Shown here: positions 56,201-64,000 of the stretch, piece after piece
How the letters are laid out: each line of letters starts with the position of its first letter
Position numbering within the stretch: position 1 is the first letter of the stretch
NCBI GenBank assembly: GCA_964016885.1
Contig: OZ024740.1
Span: forward strand, 302,622,001-302,686,000
DNA: 64,000 nt
Origin: Eledone cirrhosa
Taxonomy: Eukaryota
Direction of reading: 5' to 3'
Made by a program: the position numbers and the translations under genes
Notes under the pieces: model-generated
Told to the model about the DNA's origin: nothing
What the model saw: the letters and a program-made list of their open reading frames with translations, nothing else
Databases searched by the model: none

Positions 56201-57430
56201 GAAAAACAATCTACAGACGGAAAACTTATAACTGAACATATAAACTCTGAAATTAAGAATTTAGCTGAAATTATACCAACAGTTATCAAAGATACAAGAG
56301 AAAGCCTACCACAACCCCCTTGGATGTCAGAAATAAACGAAAGAAATTTGGAAAACAAAACACATCGAATAAGAAAAGAAATGTGGAAGACATGGAAAAA
56401 ATTCCTTAACATAAGAAAACAAAATTTCTGGAAAGCATACAGATGCGAAAAATATGTCGAAACACATTCGAAATGGCTCTCTCTAACGGCACCCATACTC
56501 CCTCGTAAATACCTAATTACAGAAATTGCAGGAGAACCAGAAGAAGAAACAAAACTCCGATGGGAACTTACATTGACAAAATTCAGGACCGACATCTCCA
56601 TTTCTGAATGTAAACAATCCCGCTACAAAGCCAAATATGAAGCTATTGATGACCAAATTGAAGTTGAAATTTCAAAGCTAACGACTGGTATTATAGCTGA
56701 AAAACTCCGAGAACTATGGATCGGAGATATCTCAAAAGAAGAAAACAAATCAAGAAAGGTATGGCAGCAGAAACAATTATTTCTCGATGAATATGCTGCA
56801 AATTACGGTAAAGACTCTGGAACCCTGAGAAAAAGCATTAAAAGTGGACAATCTCATCAACACAACATACGCCAGAACACGTGCCAACACAAACACTCAC
56901 CTTACCTTGAATCAAAGAAGAACTACGGTAATAACTCTTCGCTTTTTCTACAAAAACACCCTATCGCACACAACATGAACAAAAAGCACAAACACGATAG
57001 GTATTCCTTTGACCAGACCATGAGAAGTAGTAAAACCAGGAGATCATTCTCAAGATCTCAACAGAGACTACCAACAAGGAATGTGGAAACAAAACGTAGA
57101 ATAACCAGATCACTCTCAAGATCTCAACAGAGATTGCCCACAAGAAACTGGACGAAAAAACGATCTAAACCTGAAAGCAAACCTAGGTCATTTTCCCAGA
57201 TTGTTAAAAATAATGCTAACAGGAAGAAAAATAATATACAGAATACCAAAAATAGGACAAAATACATAACGAAACCAAATATAATATCACGACCAAAAGT
57301 TCATCAAGCGAACACCAACAGGAATATAAATCCTGAACAGAGAAAAATTCATTTTTTAACGTCAGGACAACAAAAACCGGAAAAAGAAAAACTCCAGGAG
57401 GAAACATACCCAAAACAGCTGTACACGTAG
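56201..57430 (+). CDS. PLE upstream ORF1 (5'-truncated; helical/coiled-coil-like, then basic)
   Basis: About 410 open codons in AT-rich DNA. K/E-rich helical half and K/R/S/N-rich half with duplicated RS.SRSQQRLPTRN. The tracked start codon lies inside the inverted pLTR. Confidence 0.75.
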   Translation, partial: EKQSTDGKLITEHINSEIKNLAEIIPTVIKDTRESLPQPPWMSEINERNLENKTHRIRKEMWKTWKKFLNIRKQNFWKAYRCEKYVETHSKWLSLTAPILPRKYLITEIAGEPEEETKLRWELTLTKFRTDISISECKQSRYKAKYEAIDDQIEVEISKLTTGIIAEKLRELWIGDISKEENKSRKVWQQKQLFLDEYAANYGKDSGTLRKSIKSGQSHQHNIRQNTCQHKHSPYLESKKNYGNNSSLFLQKHPIAHNMNKKHKHDRYSFDQTMRSSKTRRSFSRSQQRLPTRNVETKRRITRSLSRSQQRLPTRNWTKKRSKPESKPRSFSQIVKNNANRKKNNIQNTKNRTKYITKPNIISRPKVHQANTNRNINPEQRKIHFLTSGQQKPEKEKLQEETYPKQLYT

Positions 57431-59664
57431 ATCCTAAAATAATTAATTTATCTAAAAGAGATCTTGACAATGATGAAATGCAAATTCTGTCAAAAGGACT
57501 GAAATTCACACCGACTCCAACAGTCAACCACCAAGAACTGAAGGAGGATACCCAAGAATTCTGTCGAAAATTACGTCTTGTAGAATTCTTCGCTGATAAA
57601 AATAATGAGAGTGATGAATCACTAGTAAAGAATAAATCAAATTTCACTCCGCCAAAAGGAAGAAATATCTATCTCGACCAATACATTGACATCCTGTCTA
57701 AATTTCCTCTTAGACATAATACTAATGTTAGGCCAAACATTAACAAATCAGAAATGTCTGCACTTAAACGTATACAAAATGATAAAACAATAATAATTAA
57801 ACAAGCAGATAAAGGGGGTGCAGTTGTTATAATGGATACTGAATACTACAAGGATTTGGTTGAGGAACAACTGAAAGACACAACATTCTATCATGAAATA
57901 CCGTCAAATATAGACCACAACATCATGAAGAAGATCAACAACCTGGCTTCAAAATACCACAACTCATTTACTGATAAGGAAAGAGACTACATCACCAATT
58001 TTGAGCCGAAACCCAGCAACCTGTATGGCCTACCGAAAGTTCACAAGTCAAAAGAAATACAACTGGCAGTAAGAGAACAAAACAGTGAGTACATTAAATT
58101 ATTACACCCAAAAGACTTAAAACTTAGACCTATTATAGCTGGTCCAACATGCCCCACTCACCGTCTAAGCAATTTTGTTGACATTATTTTGAAACCACTA
58201 TGTATTCACATACCCAGTTTAATCCGGGATGATATCGACTTCCTGTCCCATCTTCCCAAAACCACGGAAACGAATTCACTTCTACTCAGTTTTGATGTGG
58301 TAAGCCTTTACACCAACATTACACATGATTTAGGAATAAAGGCGGTTAAATACTGGGTGGAAAAACATAGAGAAGTGATTCCCATTAGATTCACAGCGCC
58401 ATTTATATTAGACGCAGTTAAACTTATTCTGGAAAACAACACTTTCTTCTTCAATGGAAAGAATTACATCCAAATTAGAGGCACAGCGATGGGAACGAAG
58501 TTTGCTCCCGTTTACGCGAACTCTGTAATGGGATACTTAGAACAACAACTCTACCAAGAAATAGAGGAAAAATATAGTACTGACTTTAGAAAGTACATTG
58601 AAAAATCTTGGAAGAGATACCTTGACGACTGTTTCATCATCTGGACAGAATCTTTAGATACTCTGGATGAGTTCAATATCCTCCTGAATAACCTACACCC
58701 ATCTCTCCAATTCACAAAAGAGATGAGTAGGACCAAATTACCATTCCTAGATATAATGATAATCAAAAACGACACCACCATTACCACGGATATATATTAT
58801 AAACACACAGACACCCATCAATATCTGAATTTTAAGTCGTGCCATCCACCTCATACAAAACGCAACATCCCATACTGCCTAGCCAGAAGAATTTGTACCA
58901 TTGTAGAAGATACGAATACCAGGTACAAACGCCTAACAGAACTAAGAGAATTTTTGCTCAAACAAAAATACCCATCTCTACTTATAGAAAATGGCATACA
59001 GCGGGCTATAAAAATACCTATACAACAACTTAGAACAACCCAAAGAAGAAGAAACCAAGAACTGGTCATACCATTTATAATGACACACAACCCATGTCAC
59101 CAGAATATCTTCAACACTGCCAAAGCAAACCTACCGATCATTGCTCAAAGTAATGAATTAAAAGGCTTAATCACAGATCGATCTTTGACTCTTAGTAAAA
59201 GACAGCCAAAAAATTTGAAGCAATTGCTAACAAAAGCAAAGTTTGACCTTAACAACAAAGACCAATCATTCACTGTATCTAAATGCAATGATAATCGATG
59301 CGGCACATGTCAATCCATACACGCCGGTCAATATATGAAAACAAAAACTGGAAAAATATTCACAAATGCAAATATGAACTGCAAAAGCAGAAATCTAATT
59401 TACTGCATTAAATGCCCGAATTGTGAAGAACTATATGTCGGTCAAACTGGAAATGCACTATCGGAACGTGCACGGGTACACCGTCAACAAATCAGAGACC
59501 CAAATGTCCGTCAGATACCCCTAAGCGGCCACCTGGCAACATGTGGTCAGGGAATATTTATAATATTCCCATTCTACAAATTACACAGCCCAAATGAAAT
59601 CAAGAGAAAAATCAAAGAAAAGAATTTTATTGATAAATTCAAACCCAAGCTAAATGAACAATAA
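57352..59664 (+). CDS. PLE RT + Cys linker + GIY-YIG endonuclease (intact; frame open from 57337, first ATG 57478)
   Basis: IINLS..ILSKGLKFTP, IKQADKGGAVVIMD, YGLPKVHK, SFDVVSLYTNI, GTAMGT, RYLDD, FLDI, C...RC..C, LIYCIKC..C..YVGQT..R...H. Confidence 0.95.
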   Translation, partial: FFNVRTTKTGKRKTPGGNIPKTAVHVDPKIINLSKRDLDNDEMQILSKGLKFTPTPTVNHQELKEDTQEFCRKLRLVEFFADKNNESDESLVKNKSNFTPPKGRNIYLDQYIDILSKFPLRHNTNVRPNINKSEMSALKRIQNDKTIIIKQADKGGAVVIMDTEYYKDLVEEQLKDTTFYHEIPSNIDHNIMKKINNLASKYHNSFTDKERDYITNFEPKPSNLYGLPKVHKSKEIQLAVREQNSEYIKLLHPKDLKLRPIIAGPTCPTHRLSNFVDIILKPLCIHIPSLIRDDIDFLSHLPKTTETNSLLLSFDVVSLYTNITHDLGIKAVKYWVEKHREVIPIRFTAPFILDAVKLILENNTFFFNGKNYIQIRGTAMGTKFAPVYANSVMGYLEQQLYQEIEEKYSTDFRKYIEKSWKRYLDDCFIIWTESLDTLDEFNILLNNLHPSLQFTKEMSRTKLPFLDIMIIKNDTTITTDIYYKHTDTHQYLNFKSCHPPHTKRNIPYCLARRICTIVEDTNTRYKRLTELREFLLKQKYPSLLIENGIQRAIKIPIQQLRTTQRRRNQELVIPFIMTHNPCHQNIFNTAKANLPIIAQSNELKGLITDRSLTLSKRQPKNLKQLLTKAKFDLNNKDQSFTVSKCNDNRCGTCQSIHAGQYMKTKTGKIFTNANMNCKSRNLIYCIKCPNCEELYVGQTGNALSERARVHRQQIRDPNVRQIPLSGHLATCGQGIFIIFPFYKLHSPNEIKRKIKEKNFIDKFKPKLNEQ

Positions 59665-60039
59665 TAACGCCTAGGGGTATTACTTCTACTACCACTATGA
59701 CCACGACCACTAACAACAACAACAACAACAATAATAATAATAATAAAAGTGATGTTGATGGTGATGATTAATAGAAAATGCTATTTTCATCATTTCAAAA
59801 AAGCAAAACAATTGATACGTTGGATATGACTATTGGTCGTTAGCATGCTCAACCAGCCGTGACGCTTAAACCAATCAGCTGTAGTAATTCAGTGAAACTA
59901 CACACTGATTGGTCGAAATACAGTTTACAGGGCTTTGCATTCTGGAGCCACTTTTCTCTGTATAAAATGTATAAAAGGTAGGAAATTTACCCATCTCATT
60001 ACAGTTGAAAATTGCAAACTCGACTGTCACCACATATCA

Positions 60040-60078
60040 TGAACCTGAAGATTGCGAAAGCATGAAAGTACTTGTTCA
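60040..60078 (+). ncRNA. Minimal type-I hammerhead ribozyme in the PLE pLTR
   Basis: TGAAC-CTGAAGA-T-TGC-GAAA-GCA-T-GAAA-GTAC-TT-GTTCA: stem I TGAAC/GTTCA and palindromic stem III AAGTACTT. Confidence 0.82.
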
Positions 60079-60248
60079 ATTAACACTTAGAATTTAATAT
60101 TCTATCATACTACTTCATTATAATACCATTATATATATTTTAAAGGATTGTAAATAAAACGAGTAAATCAGACAAAGTTGGAATTCCTCTTATTAATATA
60201 ATCTTCTATACACAATCATACACACCCGTGTATATTTACCTATCTATA

Positions 60249-60305
<57 letters not shown>

Positions 60306-60415
60306 GAATATATCGTTTTCAAAGTCAGATACAAATATATATACGAATATATATATATACGAATATATATATATATATATATATATCAATATATATATAT
60401 CTATCTCTCTCTAAG

Positions 60416-60559
60416 GCGGGTAAAATTCCCGAGATTCATGGACGAGTTCTCTCCAGCAGTCTCTGTCCCTCATTATCGCTGCCATGTCCTGCATCTCCAA
60501 AAGACCAGTGTCTGTCCTTAGGGCATCAACATACGTTAACCCTGGTCTTCCTCTTCTAT
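60416..60559 (-). pseudogene. 3'-terminal fragment of an RTE-clade LINE
   Basis: Minus strand translates [39 protein letters not shown], a typical RTE C-terminus, followed by (AG)n. Confidence 0.7.
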
Positions 60560-60579
60560 AGCAATATATATCAATATAT

Positions 60580-60615
<36 letters not shown>

Positions 60616-60715
60616 ATATATATATATATATTGATATATGTATATTGATATATATATATATATTGATATATATATATATATATATTGATATATATATATA
60701 TATATATATATATAT

Positions 60716-61167
<452 letters not shown>

Positions 61168-61169
61168 CT

Positions 61170-61690
61170 GAGATAAATTTTTAAATATATACCTAATTAA
61201 TATATTCTTTTCAATTAAATATATATATATATATATATATTAATTTTAATTTTTGTTAACCTATAATTATATTCTACTATAGATAAAATACAAAATCTGC
61301 TTTAATTATTATAAACCTAATTAACATATACTATAGAAATTAATATATAATTTTTAATTTAGTTAACCTATAATTTATATTCTACTACCGATGAAATACT
61401 TGATTTGGTTTTCCCTATTACTAAATTCATTTCCTAATATTGATACCATAATGTCAATATTTTTAATTTAGTTATGCTATAATTAATACTCTACTACTGT
61501 TTAACTTCAAAATTCCGCTTCAAATATTATAAACCTAAGTAGTATACACCTTAGAAATCAATATATTAACTATTTTTAATTTAGTTAACCTATAATTAAT
61601 AGTCTACTTATATTAAAATGCATAATTTTGCCTTCTTTCTTACATTTCCTAATACTGAAACTACTATGTAAACACATATTATGATCTAAA
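61170..61690. repeat. Diverged AT-rich tandem repeat, ~110-bp unit, 4-5 copies
   Basis: TTTTAATTTAGTTAACCTATAATT-like motif recurs at ~61244, 61352, 61461 and 61574. Confidence 0.75.
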
Positions 61691-61888
61691 TGCAGATTAA
61701 TATTCTATGTTCCTTGAAACCTATATTTACTATTTCCCACTAATAATTTTAATCCCCCCCCCCCTATAATTATTTGTATTTGTAAGCGTGGATGTATGTA
61801 TGTGTATGTAAGTAGGTATGTATATTTGGGTGTTTGTATGTGAGTATAAAAATACATATGTGCGCATGTAAATAAGTGTGTATGATTG

Positions 61889-61919
<31 letters not shown>

Positions 61920-62129
61920 GTATGTATATGTATGTATATATATGTATATATATGTGTGTATATATATATGTCTATGTATATATATGTGTGTATGTATATA
62001 TGTATGTGTGCATGTGTATGTGTATATATATATGTAGAGATGTGTGTATGTATATATATATATATATGTGTGTGCATAATTGTCTGACTGTGTGTATTTA
62101 TTTATTTTTTTTTTCTTTATATATATATA

Positions 62130-62202
<73 letters not shown>

Positions 62203-62647
62203 ATCTATATGTGTGTGTGTATATATATTTATGTGTATGTATGTATCTATATATATATATATATATGTATATGTGTGTATGTATATCTCTTTATTTATGT
62301 ATGTATGAGTTGTGTGAGTGTGTGGTTGTATGTGTATATAGATACATGGATATGTGTATGTGTGTGTATATATACGTATATATATGTGTGTGTGTGTGTA
62401 TATATATGTGTGTGTATGTGTATATATATGTATATATGTGTGTATATATGTGTGTATATATATGTGTGTGTATGTATATATGTATATGTATGTATGTGTG
62501 TATATGTATGTACATATATGTGTATATATATAAGTGTGTTGTGAATATATGTATATATATATGTGTGTATGTATGTGTGTCTATGTATTTATATATGTAT
62601 ATGTATGTGTCTCTATATATATGTGTATGTATGTATATATATGTGTA

Positions 62648-62690
<43 letters not shown>

Positions 62691-62899
62691 GTATGTATAT
62701 ATATTTATATATATATATATATATATGTATATCGGTGTGTATTTTATGTATGAGTATATATTTTATTTGTTTATTTTTTTAATATATTTCTTTTTATTTC
62801 TAAATTTATAGATACATTTTATAAATAGGCAGTTCTCTGACACCCTTAGTAATTACTGACCCCCTTCACCTTCTTCTGCATATAGATGTAAAAATGTAT

Positions 62900-63600
<701 letters not shown>

Positions 63601-63766
63601 TCATTGTTATATTCATTATTTTTTTAATACTTTATCTTGACTCTGTATTCCGTTTATCTTTCACCGAAAGTGATTTTTGAATGCATCTCTTCTTTCCATG
63701 ATATCCGGATTACATTGAGTTCTTCATACGGATTGGACACTACCGTAAACTCTTGGTAGATTTATC

Positions 63767-63821
<55 letters not shown>

Positions 63822-63921
63822 ATATATATATATATCAATATATATATATATCAATATATATATATATATCAATATATATATATATATCAATATATATATA
63901 TATATCAATATATATATATAT

Positions 63922-63970
<49 letters not shown>

Positions 63971-64000
63971 TATATATATATAGATATATATAGATATATC

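Larger units (their letters stand above)
55076..60200 (+). mobile_element. Neptune-type PLE with inverted 5' pLTR
   Basis: 55076-56200 is an inverted copy of 59076-60200 (1125 bp, no differences noticed), the classic PLE architecture. Confidence 0.93.

Noticed and set aside
55612-56601. 329-aa minus-strand ORF ending in a GIY-YIG domain
   Set aside because: Chimera of antisense ORF1 and the inverted pLTR; a by-product of the PLE inversion rather than a separate gene.
61170-61690. CRISPR-like repeat-spacer pattern
   Set aside because: Spacers are similar to each other and the repeats are degenerate; eukaryotic minisatellite with no cas genes.

Overview
This is AT-rich, microsatellite-saturated animal genomic DNA. 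The tRNA-derived SINEs and the repeat make-up suggest a cephalopod/octopod, which is an inference. I cannot confidently identify any host gene. Nearly all real coding sequence belongs to retroelements: two R4/Dong-type RLE non-LTR copies inserted in (TAA)n; two Naiad-type Penelope-like elements (PLEs) inside a ~2.7-kb-arm inverted duplication; a young Neptune-type PLE with a 1.1-kb inverted pLTR and an extra upstream ORF; an APE-RT LINE whose ORF1 has a CCCH finger; and relics of PLE, Tx1/L1 and RTE elements. Also present are SINEs, non-autonomous Helitrons, fold-back MITEs and an ~8-kb (TA)n array. Best observations: (1) two unrelated retroelements (the LINE and the endonuclease-positive PLE) join ORF1 to the RT ORF through an in-frame U_UUU_UUA heptamer placed right where the -1 frame opens, which suggests programmed -1 frameshifting; (2) nine type-I hammerhead ribozyme motifs of five sequence types, some with very long branched stem II; (3) an 11-copy family of small asymmetric hairpin elements found only within TA-repeat tracts; (4) fold-back signatures at PLE ends and within the TA array. 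Most short ORFs in the track are microsatellite translation artefacts.
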